Source of the DNA: a bacterium | Lineage (GTDB): Bacteria > Patescibacteriota > Minisyncoccia > Phycocordibacterales > UBA2100 | Assembly (NCBI GenBank): GCA_009924895.1 | Contig: RFQR01000002.1 | Coordinates: forward strand, 65,368-129,367 | Direction of reading: 5' to 3' | DNA length: 64,000 nt | Shown here: positions 1 through 10,572 of the stretch, piece after piece | How positions within the stretch are numbered: position 1 is the stretch's first letter | Layout of the letters: the number at the start of each line of letters is the position of its first letter | The notes under the pieces: generated by a model | The model's database searches: none | What the model was told of the DNA's origin: nothing | The model's input: only the letters and a program-made list of their open reading frames with translations | Position numbers and translations under genes: made by a program

Positions 1-1317
1 GAAGTTCGCGCTGCACGCGATGGTGAAATGATGCTCGCACTCGATGATAAAGAGTACAAACTGTCGTCCACAAACATGGTGGTATCTGACAAGAATGCTG
101 ACGTCGCAGTCGGTATTGCAGGAGTCAAAGGAGGTAAGCCTGCTGCAATTACTGAAAGTACCAAAGATATCATTATCGAATGTGCAAATTTCGATGGTCC
201 CTCGGTTCGCAAGACTTCTCGCGCGCTCAATCTGCGTACTGACGCATCGCAGAGATTCGAACAAGTTATTTCTCCAGAGATGACGCTTTGGAGTATGGCA
301 GATGCAATCGCGCTCATTCTTGAATTAGCGGGCGGTGAATTTGTGGGTATTGCTGATAACTATCCTGAACTACAGCAAAAAACTTCTGTTTCAGTTACGC
401 TTGAGCACATAAACAAAGTGCTTGGCGTGACTCTGAGTGTGGCGCAAGTTTCAGATGTGTTTTCACGACTGCTATTTTCAGTTACTGAAAAAAATAGGAA
501 ATGGACTGTGCATATCCCGCCGGAGAGAATTGACCTCACTATTCCAGAAGATTTGATCGAAGAAGTAGGCCGAATCATTGGGTACGAAACGATTACTCCC
601 GTTGAATTGCCTGATTTAAATCGAACCGTGATTTTGAATGACCGCTATGCACGTAATGAGCAGATTCGCGCGTTTCTTATTGGGCAGGGTTTTACTGAAG
701 TCTTTACGAGTGTATTTGCAGACAAGGGCGAACGGGTCGTTCTCAATAAAGTGGACGGCGTACGTCCGTATTTGCGCGATACCCTCAAAGAGGGACTCAA
801 AGAAGCGCTCGAGCGCAACATTCGCAACAAAGAATTGCTCGGTTTATCGCAAGTAAAACTATTTGAAATTGGTACGGTGTGGCGCAAGGAGCAAGAAGAA
901 ATGACGTATGACATCGCCGTCGAAAAAGTAAAAAAGCAAAAGACTGAAGATGAGTACCGCGTTGAGCTAGAGCAATTTGTGAAGTCACTTCCAGAACACG
1001 CAGATGCTTACCCTGAGCAGCAATTCACCACCACGGAGCATTTTCAGCATTTCTCTAAATATCCGTATGTCGTTCGTGATATTTCTCTGTGGGTGAGCCC
1101 GCAATCTGATGCAGAGAGTGTCATCCGAAATGCCCCTGATAATTCTTTGGTGCAATACTTTGCACGTTTAGATCGATTTGAAAAAGAGGGGAGAGTTTCT
1201 GAGCTCTATCGTTTTGTATTTCAATCATTCGAAAAGACTCTCACCGATGAGGAAGTAAACGCCGAAATGCAAAAGGTGTATGACGCTGTAAAAGCAAGGG
1301 GATGGGAGGTGCGTTGA
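1..1317 (+). CDS. pheT: Phenylalanyl-tRNA synthetase beta subunit, C-terminal part (5' end lies outside the window)
   Basis: The frame is open from base 1. The protein has a B3/4-like region and a C-terminal FDX-ACB-like segment (YPYVVRDISLWV), typical of PheT. Confidence 0.85.
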   Translation, partial: EVRAARDGEMMLALDDKEYKLSSTNMVVSDKNADVAVGIAGVKGGKPAAITESTKDIIIECANFDGPSVRKTSRALNLRTDASQRFEQVISPEMTLWSMADAIALILELAGGEFVGIADNYPELQQKTSVSVTLEHINKVLGVTLSVAQVSDVFSRLLFSVTEKNRKWTVHIPPERIDLTIPEDLIEEVGRIIGYETITPVELPDLNRTVILNDRYARNEQIRAFLIGQGFTEVFTSVFADKGERVVLNKVDGVRPYLRDTLKEGLKEALERNIRNKELLGLSQVKLFEIGTVWRKEQEEMTYDIAVEKVKKQKTEDEYRVELEQFVKSLPEHADAYPEQQFTTTEHFQHFSKYPYVVRDISLWVSPQSDAESVIRNAPDNSLVQYFARLDRFEKEGRVSELYRFVFQSFEKTLTDEEVNAEMQKVYDAVKARGWEVR

Positions 1318-1379
1318 CCTCATGACTCGTTCAGTCTAAAGTTCAACCTAGTTGCAACGACCACGCACGGAGGTTGGTC

Positions 1380-1805
1380 ATGACAGAGTGTCTCCATGTC
1401 AAATGCGCACGACTACACCGAATGGTGACGGCAAAATTCAATCAGGGGCTGCGACCGTTTCGGATCACGATTCAGCAATTCGTAATCCTCAAGCATATTG
1501 CCGAATATCCAGACTGCACACCGTGCGCGGTGCATATTGGCAAAGCGTATCACATTGAGAAATCGACCCTGAGTCGCAATCTCAAGCGTCTCGTCAGCTC
1601 CAATTTGATAAGCATGGATCCACCCGCGGGGCGGCGCGGCAGAGGACTGCACATCACCGACAGTGGTCGGGCCGTGCTTGCACAAGCAACACCTGCCTGG
1701 CAGGCGACAAACACTCATCTTCTCGCAATGGTGAGGAGTCAGACAGGCAGCTTGCTCTCCGTTATCGGCGATGCCGAAGATGCCCTTTTGAGAGCAATCG
1801 CCTGA
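1380..1805 (+). CDS. MarR-family winged-helix transcriptional regulator
   Basis: A GGAGG Shine-Dalgarno sits 6 nt upstream of the ATG at 1380. The wHTH segment (ITIQQFVILKHI...STLSRNLKRLVSSNLI) is MarR-like. Confidence 0.65.
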   Translation: MTECLHVKCARLHRMVTAKFNQGLRPFRITIQQFVILKHIAEYPDCTPCAVHIGKAYHIEKSTLSRNLKRLVSSNLISMDPPAGRRGRGLHITDSGRAVLAQATPAWQATNTHLLAMVRSQTGSLLSVIGDAEDALLRAIA

Positions 1806-1809
1806 CAGC

Positions 1810-1846
1810 GGCGCCTGGGTTTTGCGACCCGGGCGCCGTTTTCCTT
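1810..1846 (+). terminator. Rho-independent terminator candidate (10-bp GC stem ggcgcctggg/cccgggcgcc followed by a T-run)
   Basis: Hairpin and T-tract read directly from the sequence. Confidence 0.5.
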
Positions 1847-1879
1847 TGGCAGGGTCTTTTGATATACTACCCCCTACGT

Positions 1880-3925
1880 ATGGCCGAAAAGAAATCACCC
1901 CCCTCAAAACCAACTAAAACGAGTTCGAGCTCGTACGGAGCTGAGCAGATTACCGTACTCGAAGGTCTCGAGGCGGTTCGTCGCCGCCCGGGCATGTACA
2001 TCGGTACGACTGGTCTTTCAGGCCTTCATCATCTTATTTGGGAAGTCTTTGACAACTCACGCGATGAGGCGATGGGAGGACACTGTAATGATATTGAAGT
2101 ATGTCTCTTACCTGACGGTTCTATCCGCGTTGCCGATAATGGTCGTGGTATCCCGGTAGAAATCCATCCTAAAACTAAAGTCTCCACTCTTGAAACGGTT
2201 ATGACCGTTCTCCACGCGGGAGGTAAATTTGGGGGAGAAGGGTACAAAGTCTCCGGCGGTCTTCACGGTGTTGGTGTCTCGGTAGTAAATGCACTCTCAA
2301 GTAAAGTGCGCGCTGAAATTCATCGCGATGGTGGCAAGTTTGAGCAGGAGTATAAAAACGGCGGTAAGCCGGTGGGAAAAACGAAAAAAATCGCCGCCTC
2401 AAAAGCGCATGGCACTATTATTACCTTTTTGCCTGATCCAGAAATCTTCCCTGATCGCACGTTCAACTTTGACACGATCGTCTCGCATTTGCGCCAGCAA
2501 GCATATCTCGTTCGGGGTCTGCGTATTTCAATAATCGACTTTCGTGATGCAAAAGAGGTCGATGATGTCGGTGTATTTTATATGCGAGAGCTCGGTGTCG
2601 ATGCGCCCTCGATGAGTTTCTATTTTGAAGGCGGTCTTGCATCCTTGGTTGCGTTTCAAAACAAACATCTCGAGCCAATCCACAAAAGCATTTTCTATGT
2701 TGAGAAAGAAAAAGATAGCGTGCAGGTAGAAGTCTCGCTTCAGTATGTCGATGACATGTCATCCCGCATCAGTGCATTTGCAAACAATATCTATAATGCA
2801 GAAGGTGGTACGCACGTAACCGGTTTCAAAACAGCGCTTACGCGTACTCTCAATCAGAAAAATGGCGGTGGGAAAGAAAGCGATTCGTTTACGGGCGATG
2901 ACGTTCTTGAAGGACTCACTGCAGTTGTATCGGTAAAATTGCGTGAAATTCAATTTGAGGGTCAGACCAAGGGCAAGCTTGGCTCAGTCGAGGCGCGTGG
3001 TGCAACCGAGGCAGTATTTGGTGAAGCGTTTGCGGCATTCCTCGAGGAACATCCTGATGAGGCCCGCGCAATAATTGGTAAAGCAGCACTCGCAATGAAA
3101 GCGCGCAAAGCGGCAAAGGCAGCAAAAGACAGTATCTTGCGCAAAGGTGCGCTCGACGGACTGTCACTTCCTGGTAAGTTAGCTGACTGCCAAACGAAAC
3201 ATGCAGAAGAAGGGGAGCTTTTTATTGTCGAGGGAGATTCTGCTGGCGGCACCGCAAAAACGGGTCGCGACCGCCGTACACAGGCAATTCTTCCGCTGCG
3301 TGGAAAGATTTTGAATATCGAACGAGCTCGCATCGACAAGATGCTCGCGTCTGAACAGATCAAAAATCTCGTCATTGCTCTCGGCACGGCAATTGGCGAC
3401 GTATTCGACATTACGAAACTGCGGTACCATAAAATCATCATTGCAACCGATGCCGACGTTGATGGTGCTCACATTCGCACGCTGCTTCTTACGCTTTTGT
3501 ATCGCCACTTTCGTCCGGTGGTTGATGGTGGGTTTCTTTATATCGCGCAACCGCCGCTCTATAAAATAAAGAAAGGTAAAGAAGTCTTTTATGCATTCAC
3601 CGATGCGGAGCGCATAAAAATTACAGGGAAAGATGTTCCTATCCAAACTGAATCAGAAGAAGTGCCTGAAGAAGAGGTGGGAGAGAGTGAGGAGACCAAA
3701 AAAGCTCCGAAACTCTCGGTGCAACGCTACAAAGGTTTAGGTGAAATGAACGCAGAAGAATTGTGGGAGACGACGATGGACCCTGCGCGCCGCATGTTGA
3801 AGCAGGTGCGAATCGAAGACGCACAAGATGCTGATGTTGTGTTTGATATGCTCATGGGTACCGATGTCCCGGCACGCAAATCATTCATCCAATCACACGC
3901 AAAAGAGGCGAATCTTGATATTTAG
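1880..3925 (+). CDS. gyrB: DNA gyrase subunit B
   Basis: GHKL ATPase motifs (GLHHLIWEVFDNSRDEAMGG; GGLHGVGVSVVNALS) and a TOPRIM domain (EGDSAGGTAKTGRDRRTQAILPLRGKILN). Confidence 0.95.
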   Translation: MAEKKSPPSKPTKTSSSSYGAEQITVLEGLEAVRRRPGMYIGTTGLSGLHHLIWEVFDNSRDEAMGGHCNDIEVCLLPDGSIRVADNGRGIPVEIHPKTKVSTLETVMTVLHAGGKFGGEGYKVSGGLHGVGVSVVNALSSKVRAEIHRDGGKFEQEYKNGGKPVGKTKKIAASKAHGTIITFLPDPEIFPDRTFNFDTIVSHLRQQAYLVRGLRISIIDFRDAKEVDDVGVFYMRELGVDAPSMSFYFEGGLASLVAFQNKHLEPIHKSIFYVEKEKDSVQVEVSLQYVDDMSSRISAFANNIYNAEGGTHVTGFKTALTRTLNQKNGGGKESDSFTGDDVLEGLTAVVSVKLREIQFEGQTKGKLGSVEARGATEAVFGEAFAAFLEEHPDEARAIIGKAALAMKARKAAKAAKDSILRKGALDGLSLPGKLADCQTKHAEEGELFIVEGDSAGGTAKTGRDRRTQAILPLRGKILNIERARIDKMLASEQIKNLVIALGTAIGDVFDITKLRYHKIIIATDADVDGAHIRTLLLTLLYRHFRPVVDGGFLYIAQPPLYKIKKGKEVFYAFTDAERIKITGKDVPIQTESEEVPEEEVGESEETKKAPKLSVQRYKGLGEMNAEELWETTMDPARRMLKQVRIEDAQDADVVFDMLMGTDVPARKSFIQSHAKEANLDI

Positions 3926-3926
3926 T

Positions 3927-4916
3927 ATGGGGATTGATGGTCCGGAGAGGAGGGGACCAAATAGACGACATGTCCTTTTTGGACTTGGTGCAATGGGCGC
4001 TGCGGCGGCGCTGCCTAACGCCGCCGCAGCGCGTGAGTTCATCTCAAACGAGCAGGCAGCAAAACTTGTCGCACTGTTTCAACAGAATTTTTCAGCGAAC
4101 GGTGCGCGTACCAAAGAGTTTGAGCGAAAAAATCTCAGTGCTGAAATTGTCCTGAACTGTTTTGATGATATGCAACGTCTTGCCGACGCGCTCAATGAGG
4201 AACAGACCCGAGGAGGGTATCCAGCCCTTACTCGTTTTGTGTCACGGAAAGCTCCTTATGGCGTCTTTGTGCGACGAAACGGAACAAGTAACGCAGTAGA
4301 ACATAATGGTTTTTATGCAGTAGTTGATGGCAACTGCGAGGAGATAAATGCGCGGCATACTATCTTGACCGACGGATACAAAATAAGTGCCGGGGACGTT
4401 GCAACACGCACTCTTTCTCCTGAAGAGGTGGAGAAGCGTGGTATTGCAATGGAGCGCTTACCACGTTATTGCGATACTGCATCGTATGCAGGTCATGTGG
4501 GAGCGATTCACGGTACGCTCAATAACGGAGAAAGGTATATGGCGCACTCACCCCTAGTGAAGGTAACCGAATCGCTTCTCGCACTACTGTTTCCAAACGG
4601 CGTGCCCGCGAGCAAAACCGCCTCTTCCGAGGAAAAACGCCGAGAACTTTTGAACTCGTATGTTTTTATGCTACCGCGGCACCTTAATCGCACGTCTGTA
4701 GACGCTATCATTGAACGTAAAGGGCGCATGTCGGGCTCATTTGTGGGCGTACAGAACCCCGAGACTTCAGAGCTGGAGCCCGTAGGCCCGCTGCACTACA
4801 CTGTGGCTGTTTCAGGAGGCAAGGAAACATACACGTTGTGCTTTGTGGCAACGGAAAAAACAGTGCTTGATACGGTGCGCGCCGTAGTGGTTCCCGCGAC
4901 GACGGTGAAATTGTAA
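3927..4916 (+). CDS. Hypothetical exported protein with a twin-arginine-like N-terminus (NRRHVLFGLGAMGAAAALP)
   Basis: Long ORF immediately after gyrB with a Tat-like signal. The in-frame start at 3828 overlaps gyrB and was rejected. Confidence 0.5.
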   Translation: MGIDGPERRGPNRRHVLFGLGAMGAAAALPNAAAAREFISNEQAAKLVALFQQNFSANGARTKEFERKNLSAEIVLNCFDDMQRLADALNEEQTRGGYPALTRFVSRKAPYGVFVRRNGTSNAVEHNGFYAVVDGNCEEINARHTILTDGYKISAGDVATRTLSPEEVEKRGIAMERLPRYCDTASYAGHVGAIHGTLNNGERYMAHSPLVKVTESLLALLFPNGVPASKTASSEEKRRELLNSYVFMLPRHLNRTSVDAIIERKGRMSGSFVGVQNPETSELEPVGPLHYTVAVSGGKETYTLCFVATEKTVLDTVRAVVVPATTVKL

Positions 4917-4917
4917 C

Positions 4918-5895
4918 TTAAAACGCCATCGAAGCAGTATTGTTTCCGGTACGAGCGTCCGAACCATATGGCAGCACGGTTACCGAAATGATGCCGCCGA
5001 TTGCACGGTCGAATTGCAAAGTATTAACCATATATGAACCAGGTGAGAGCGGCGATTGTGAGGATGACTTGTATACATAGCCGGTTTCAGTCGGCAGTAC
5101 CGCACGGAAGTGATAGCGGCCACTTGTTGATCCGCCGTTATTTTTAATCTCAAAGCGAACCACGACAATTTCTTCAGGAGAATATGGAGGTCGCTCTACA
5201 AATATGCCGCTCATGCGGTCAATGACTCCGACCGAGAGGATGCGGACTGAAAGATCGGCAGGACCTGCTTGTGAGGCGCGTGTTTTTGCCGGTTTGTTTT
5301 CTGACTTTGTGGAAACAGCAACGGGTTTTGTATACGTTCCTGGCTTTTTAGCAACACCAACAGTACTCGGTTTCAGAACAAGCGAAGCGCTACCTTCGGC
5401 GCGCAAGCTTTGTGCGAGCGTACCGACTGCCTGCGCTCCAATAGTCGGCTTGAAGACAACGGAGATGGGTACTGAAGCTGTCTTTCCGCCAGCAAGAGAA
5501 GGAATGAGGGTGATTGATTTCGAGCTTGAAGCGGTAAATGCAGCGCCGCACGGGACACTCACTATCTCGCCTTCTGCGTTTGCGGTTTCAAAATGAACGC
5601 CAGGTACGCATAAATAGAGAAACGAGTATGAGCCTGCAACTTGGGGTTGGTGCACCCAGTTCAAGACGAATGGCTCGCCCGATGTTGTCTCGTCGGGTTT
5701 CATGATCCGAATGGTTTCAGTTTTGACGCTAAAGAGGGGGATGAGCGAGTCTTTTGCTACTACGAGCATATGTGCAAAACCCCACACCGCGATTGCAGCA
5801 ACAATTAAAAATCCGGCTACTGCAAGAATAGTGCCGAGAGCGCTTTCGTGTGAGTTGCTATGAGAATCTGCCATAATGCCGGTATGATATAACAA
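4918..5895 (-). CDS. Hypothetical membrane-anchored protein (N-terminal TM helix, CARDB/DUF11-like beta-rich C-terminus)
   Basis: Has a TM helix (ILAVAGFLIVAAIAVWGFAHMLVV). The start may instead be the internal Met at 5874. Confidence 0.5.
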   Translation of the reverse strand: MLYHTGIMADSHSNSHESALGTILAVAGFLIVAAIAVWGFAHMLVVAKDSLIPLFSVKTETIRIMKPDETTSGEPFVLNWVHQPQVAGSYSFLYLCVPGVHFETANAEGEIVSVPCGAAFTASSSKSITLIPSLAGGKTASVPISVVFKPTIGAQAVGTLAQSLRAEGSASLVLKPSTVGVAKKPGTYTKPVAVSTKSENKPAKTRASQAGPADLSVRILSVGVIDRMSGIFVERPPYSPEEIVVVRFEIKNNGGSTSGRYHFRAVLPTETGYVYKSSSQSPLSPGSYMVNTLQFDRAIGGIISVTVLPYGSDARTGNNTASMAF

Positions 5896-5941
5896 TTGTT
5901 ACTATTTGTCAACTAACGCACCATGCCTCATACTATAGTAT

Positions 5942-6418
5942 ATGCAATCACGTTTTATGTTCTTGGTATTAGCAGGTGTTACTGTCCTCGGGGTAGGAGC
6001 GGTACTGTTTCAGAAAGGACTTTTATCTCCGTATCATTATGAAGCTCCGCTCTCTCCTGCTACTCCTGTTTCGGAGATGCCGCAAACACGCGGTACGCTT
6101 GTGAGTATTGTTTCTCCCGCGGCTTCGTCATCGGTTAGTAAGACATTTGTAGTATCGGGTGTAGCGCCAGGATACTGGTCATTTGAAGGTAGTTTTCCGG
6201 TGCAAGTGCGCAGTAGCGCACAGGAAGTTATCGCAACGGCGGTAGCTCAACTGGAAGGCGACTGGATGACGGACAAGCAAATACCTTTTTCCGCGACTAT
6301 TGATTTGGGAACTTCCACCTACCAGGGTCCGGCGATGCTGATACTCATGAAAGATAATCCTTCTGGGTTGCCGGAGAATGAAGATTCGGTTTCGATGCCC
6401 CTTATTATTCAATACTAA
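5942..6418 (+). CDS. Secreted protein, possible Gmad2-type Ig-like domain
   Basis: Signal peptide plus the segment VSGVAPGYWSFEGSFPVQVR...PFSATIDL. Confidence 0.45.
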   Translation: MQSRFMFLVLAGVTVLGVGAVLFQKGLLSPYHYEAPLSPATPVSEMPQTRGTLVSIVSPAASSSVSKTFVVSGVAPGYWSFEGSFPVQVRSSAQEVIATAVAQLEGDWMTDKQIPFSATIDLGTSTYQGPAMLILMKDNPSGLPENEDSVSMPLIIQY

Positions 6419-6427
6419 GTAACTGTT

Positions 6428-7156
6428 ATGAAGAATTTTTTTGCAGCGGAGATGGTACGTGCAGGTCTTACGCTCGGTATTTGCTTTGTAGTCGCGGCGT
6501 TTATCGGCTCAATGACGTTGTACAACGTTCGTGCGCTCGATAACACGTTGTCAGTTACCGGATCAGCAAAGCAATCAGCTGAAGCAGATTCCGCCAAATG
6601 GACAGTTTCGGTAACGCGTACTGCATATGAGGCAGACGTTCCCGATACTCAGGCACGTGTGACGCGAGATACAAATACGGTTGTGGGCTTTTTTAAAGCG
6701 GCAAAAATCGATGAAAAAGATATCATCATGAGCCCCGTTTCAGTTGATCAAGACTATTCGTCCGATAACAATGCGCCGCGCAGATTCTCTGTTCGACAGC
6801 AGATTACCGTGCAATCCAAAGATGTTCGTCTCATCGAGAAGCTCGCTAAGAATATTGGCGGACTCGCACAGCAAGGAGTGCTTCTTTCGGCAGGTACTCC
6901 AGAGTACTATGTGACGACGCTTCCTGAGCTTCGTATTTCTCTCATTGGTAAGGCAATAGAAGATGCAAAGAAGCGCGCAGAAAGTATCGCTGCCTCAACA
7001 GGACAGAAAGTTGGTCCGCTTAAATCGTCCTCGGGCGGCGTGGTGCAAGTCTTGTCACCGAATTCTATCGAAGTGTCTGACTACGGGTCATATGACACCC
7101 AGACAATACAAAAAGAGGTGATGGTGACAGCTCGTGCAGTATTTCTTTTGAAATAG
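6428..7156 (+). CDS. SIMPL-domain (DUF541) periplasmic/immunogenic-type protein
   Basis: N-terminal TM helix, an LSVTGSA motif and overall SIMPL-like architecture. Confidence 0.7.
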   Translation: MKNFFAAEMVRAGLTLGICFVVAAFIGSMTLYNVRALDNTLSVTGSAKQSAEADSAKWTVSVTRTAYEADVPDTQARVTRDTNTVVGFFKAAKIDEKDIIMSPVSVDQDYSSDNNAPRRFSVRQQITVQSKDVRLIEKLAKNIGGLAQQGVLLSAGTPEYYVTTLPELRISLIGKAIEDAKKRAESIAASTGQKVGPLKSSSGGVVQVLSPNSIEVSDYGSYDTQTIQKEVMVTARAVFLLK

Positions 7157-7159
7157 TGT

Positions 7160-7528
7160 ATGGACGGAGGCGGTGAAATGAGAAAAATATCTGACTTCAA
7201 GACTCCTGAATCTGTGCGCAAGTTGTTGCGCACAAGAATCGAGCAAGCGCAAAACGTGCTTGCGCAACTGAAATTACATCAAAAAGAGCTCTGGTCCACT
7301 GATCGGAAAGATAACGCACGGTATCTCGCCCTCTTTGTACATCAATTAGAATTTGATGTTCTTCCATCTGCCCACACAAATCTTTCCGAAAGTAAATCAC
7401 ACGAAGAGCTGACACGTAGTGTCAAGGGCATAAACGATGTGTTTTCCCAGCTCTCAGCTATGGGGTATACACTTGATTGGGGCACTGGACCTGCCCCGGA
7501 ACCACACCGTCTCGACAATGCAGTATAG
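7160..7528 (+). CDS. Hypothetical protein
   Basis: ORF only. No recognisable motif. Confidence 0.3.
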   Translation: MDGGGEMRKISDFKTPESVRKLLRTRIEQAQNVLAQLKLHQKELWSTDRKDNARYLALFVHQLEFDVLPSAHTNLSESKSHEELTRSVKGINDVFSQLSAMGYTLDWGTGPAPEPHRLDNAV

Positions 7529-8159
7529 CCAGAGCGAAAGTAGGGCCAGAGATATTGTCGCGTATCTCAAAAAAACATACCCGGTACCAAAAAGTGAGCT
7601 GCATTACAAAACACCGTTTCAATTTTTGGTTGCAGTCATGCTTTCGGCGCAATGTACTGACAAAGCAGTGAATAAAACCACGGCCACGCTCTTTCAGAAG
7701 TACAAAACGGTAAAAGACTTTGCTGACGCAGATCCAAAGACATTTGAAAAAGAAATTTCTTCTATCACTTTTTTTAGAAACAAGGCACGGCACGTGCGCG
7801 AGACAGCGCAGATAATTTTGGAACAGTGTGGTGGTAAAGTGCCAAAGACTGAAAAAGAATTGGTAATGCTTCGAGGGGTTGCATACAAGACTGCGCATGT
7901 TGTTTTGGGCGAGCTATTCAACATTTATGAAGGTATCCCGACGGACACGCATGTAAAGCGTTTTGCTAAACGTTTCAGACTCACCAAACACGACGATCTC
8001 AAAAAGATTTCTAAAGATCTCGAATCTCTCATCCCCAAACAAGATTGGAAGTATGTAAATAATGGACTCGTCTTGTATGGTCGTTATATTTGTCCCGCGC
8101 ACCCCCATGATTGCTCCGAGCACCCGCTGACAAAAATTGAACGCAGATGGGATGCGTGA
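7518..8159 (+). CDS. nth: Endonuclease III (HhH-GPD DNA glycosylase/AP lyase)
   Basis: HhH-GPD signature (FQFLVAVMLSAQCTDKAVNK; LRGVAYKTAHVVLGE; PTDTHV) and a C-terminal Cys cluster. Confidence 0.85.
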   Translation: MQYSQSESRARDIVAYLKKTYPVPKSELHYKTPFQFLVAVMLSAQCTDKAVNKTTATLFQKYKTVKDFADADPKTFEKEISSITFFRNKARHVRETAQIILEQCGGKVPKTEKELVMLRGVAYKTAHVVLGELFNIYEGIPTDTHVKRFAKRFRLTKHDDLKKISKDLESLIPKQDWKYVNNGLVLYGRYICPAHPHDCSEHPLTKIERRWDA

Positions 8160-8469
8160 AAGGTGGCACCTTGCTCATGTAACCTTGCACTTACTTTCTT
8201 ACTCACCGCAATCAATATATAGTGAGAAAAAGTGTCCTTCTTACTTCATTTTTCATATGTACCATCTTATGTCCGACCGGACACAGTATGGTACATGGTG
8301 TTACAAGGGAAAAACCCCATGATCCGCCTGAATAAGCACGGTGAGACCGTGCTTACACAGTCGGAACGAAACTAGTGCATTACGAACTACGTCTCTACAC
8401 TCTGGTACCAAGATTCTTTGAACGGTACTGCACCTCGAAAGGGGTGCGGCTCTCTGGTATGATGCTGAC

Positions 8470-9927
8470 ATGGCAGAAGCAGATATTCGGGCAGACAGGC
8501 TCAAAAAATTAGACATATTAAAGAGCTCAGGAATGAGCGCTTTTCCTGTAGAAACTGACCGCACAATTGATGTTGCAGGTTTCGTACAGCATTTCGAAGA
8601 ATCAGAAAAGAAAGGTGATACGCACATTCTTGCTGGGCGTGTTATGTCTCGCCGTGGGCAGGGTGGCATCATGTTTGCTGATCTCTTTGATGGCAGTGCC
8701 CGCACGCAAGTGGTCTTACAAAAGGCAGAAATGGATGAGCAGTTGTTCACACTCTTTGCAGACACCGTTGATGCGGGTGATTTTGTTGAAATCACGGGGA
8801 AGGCATATCTCACAAAGCGTGGTGAAAAATCAATCTTGGTCCAGAAATGGAAAATGCTTGCAAAATCGCTCTCGCCACTCCCGAGTGAATGGTATGGCGT
8901 GAAGGACGAAGAATTGAAACTCCGTGAACGATATCTTGATATTTTGATGAACGAAGAGGTGCGAGAGATGTTTGTGCGCCGTTCAAAATTCTGGCAATCA
9001 ATTCGTAACTTCTATCTTTCGCGTGGGTTTATGGAAGTTGAAACCCCTATACTGGAAACGATGCCGGGCGGTGCAGATGCACGACCATTTGTTTCTCATC
9101 ACAATGCACTTGATATGGAGGTATATCTTCGCATTTCGACGGGAGAGTTATGGCAGAAGCGTCTCTTGGCGGCGGGCTTTCCTAAAGTGTTTGAAATTGG
9201 GCGTATTTTTAGAAACGAAGGACAATCACGCGAGCACTTGCAAGATTACACTCAGCTTGAGTCATACGAAGCATACAATGACATGCGCGGCGGGATGACG
9301 TTCATCCTGGACTTGTACCGCACGGTCGTGAAAGAGGTCTATGGTAAATACACGTTTGAAATCGGAGACCACGCAGTCGATTTTGCCGATGAGTGGAAGG
9401 TAATTGATTTCTGTACGGTAATTGAAGAGCGTTATGGTATTAATCCACTAACCTGCTCCGACAAAGAGGCGATTCAAGCAGCGCGTGATGCAAAAGTGCT
9501 TACTGATTCTGATGATAATAAAGCGCGCGCAGTTGACAGTCTTTGGAAATCAACTCGAAAGAGAATTGCAGGCCCGGCATTTCTCGTTGGCATTCCAGTC
9601 TATTTGGAACCCCTCGCAAAACGCTCAGAAGAAAATCCACTCGTTGTGGAGCGTTTCCAAGTTCTCATTGCTGGCTCTGAAGTCGGAAAAGGTTTTAGTG
9701 AACTCAATGACCCAATCGACCAACGAGAACGATTTGAGGCGCAGCAGGCGATGCGTGACGCGGGCGACGATGAAGCGCAGCGATTGGATGAAGAATATAT
9801 TCGTGCGATGGAATATGGCATGCCGCCAGCATTTGGTTTTGGCGTTTCAGAACGCCTCTTTGCGTTTCTCGAAAACCGCTCTGTGCATGAATGTCAGTTA
9901 TTCCCACTCCTGCGCCCACGGCAATAA
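8470..9927 (+). CDS. lysS: Lysyl-tRNA synthetase, class II
   Basis: N-terminal OB-fold anticodon-binding domain and class II motifs (FEIGRIFRNEG; GFGFGVSERL). Confidence 0.95.
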   Translation: MAEADIRADRLKKLDILKSSGMSAFPVETDRTIDVAGFVQHFEESEKKGDTHILAGRVMSRRGQGGIMFADLFDGSARTQVVLQKAEMDEQLFTLFADTVDAGDFVEITGKAYLTKRGEKSILVQKWKMLAKSLSPLPSEWYGVKDEELKLRERYLDILMNEEVREMFVRRSKFWQSIRNFYLSRGFMEVETPILETMPGGADARPFVSHHNALDMEVYLRISTGELWQKRLLAAGFPKVFEIGRIFRNEGQSREHLQDYTQLESYEAYNDMRGGMTFILDLYRTVVKEVYGKYTFEIGDHAVDFADEWKVIDFCTVIEERYGINPLTCSDKEAIQAARDAKVLTDSDDNKARAVDSLWKSTRKRIAGPAFLVGIPVYLEPLAKRSEENPLVVERFQVLIAGSEVGKGFSELNDPIDQRERFEAQQAMRDAGDDEAQRLDEEYIRAMEYGMPPAFGFGVSERLFAFLENRSVHECQLFPLLRPRQ

Positions 9928-9929
9928 TC

Positions 9930-10571
9930 ATGCATATCCACAAAATCGGTCATTGCTGTTTGGTGTTGGACATACACGGAGTTCGGGTTATGACCGATCC
10001 GGGTGTTTTTACAACAGCACAAGGTAATGTGACGGGACTCGACGCAATTGTGATCACCCATGAACATGCTGATCATTACGAGCCAAACATGCTCAAAGAC
10101 ATTCTCAAGAACAATCCAGACGCGGAAGTGATAGTAAGCACTTCACTAGGAAAAACACTTGAAAAGGAGGGAATTGTGCATTTGGTAGTAGGAGATGGAC
10201 AGGAAGTACAGGTGCGAGGAGTAAGTGTGAGAGGTTTCGGCAAGGCACATGCGTTTGTGTACGAAAAAAAACCTGACATGGAAAATACAGGCTATCTCAT
10301 CGACAATGCGTTTTTTTTGCCAGGCGACTCATTTGAGCAACCCAAAGCATCTGTCGATATTCTCGCGCTTCCCGTCTGCGGTCCATGGATGAAACTTGGG
10401 GAAGCACTTGATTTTGCTATTGCAGTAAAGCCTCGGGTTGCGTTTCCCGTCCATGATCACTTATATCGACCAGAAATCGCAGAGATGTTTGAAGGATGGC
10501 CGACTCAAGTTTTCTCAGAAAAAGGAATCGAGTTCGTTGCGCTCAAAGCGGGAGAGACTAAGACGTTCTAA
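9930..10571 (+). CDS. MBL-fold metallo-hydrolase
   Basis: HxHxDH motif (VITHEHADHY). The ATG at 9930 directly follows the lysS stop. Confidence 0.75.
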   Translation: MHIHKIGHCCLVLDIHGVRVMTDPGVFTTAQGNVTGLDAIVITHEHADHYEPNMLKDILKNNPDAEVIVSTSLGKTLEKEGIVHLVVGDGQEVQVRGVSVRGFGKAHAFVYEKKPDMENTGYLIDNAFFLPGDSFEQPKASVDILALPVCGPWMKLGEALDFAIAVKPRVAFPVHDHLYRPEIAEMFEGWPTQVFSEKGIEFVALKAGETKTF

Positions 10572-10572
10572 T

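Noticed and set aside
3828-3926. Extended start of the 362-aa ORF overlapping the gyrB C-terminus
   Set aside because: Overlaps about 100 nt of conserved gyrB coding sequence. The ATG at 3927 directly after the gyrB stop is more plausible.
8301-8813. 170-aa minus-strand ORF
   Set aside because: Antisense overlap with the lysS start and leader. No ribosome-binding site or motif.
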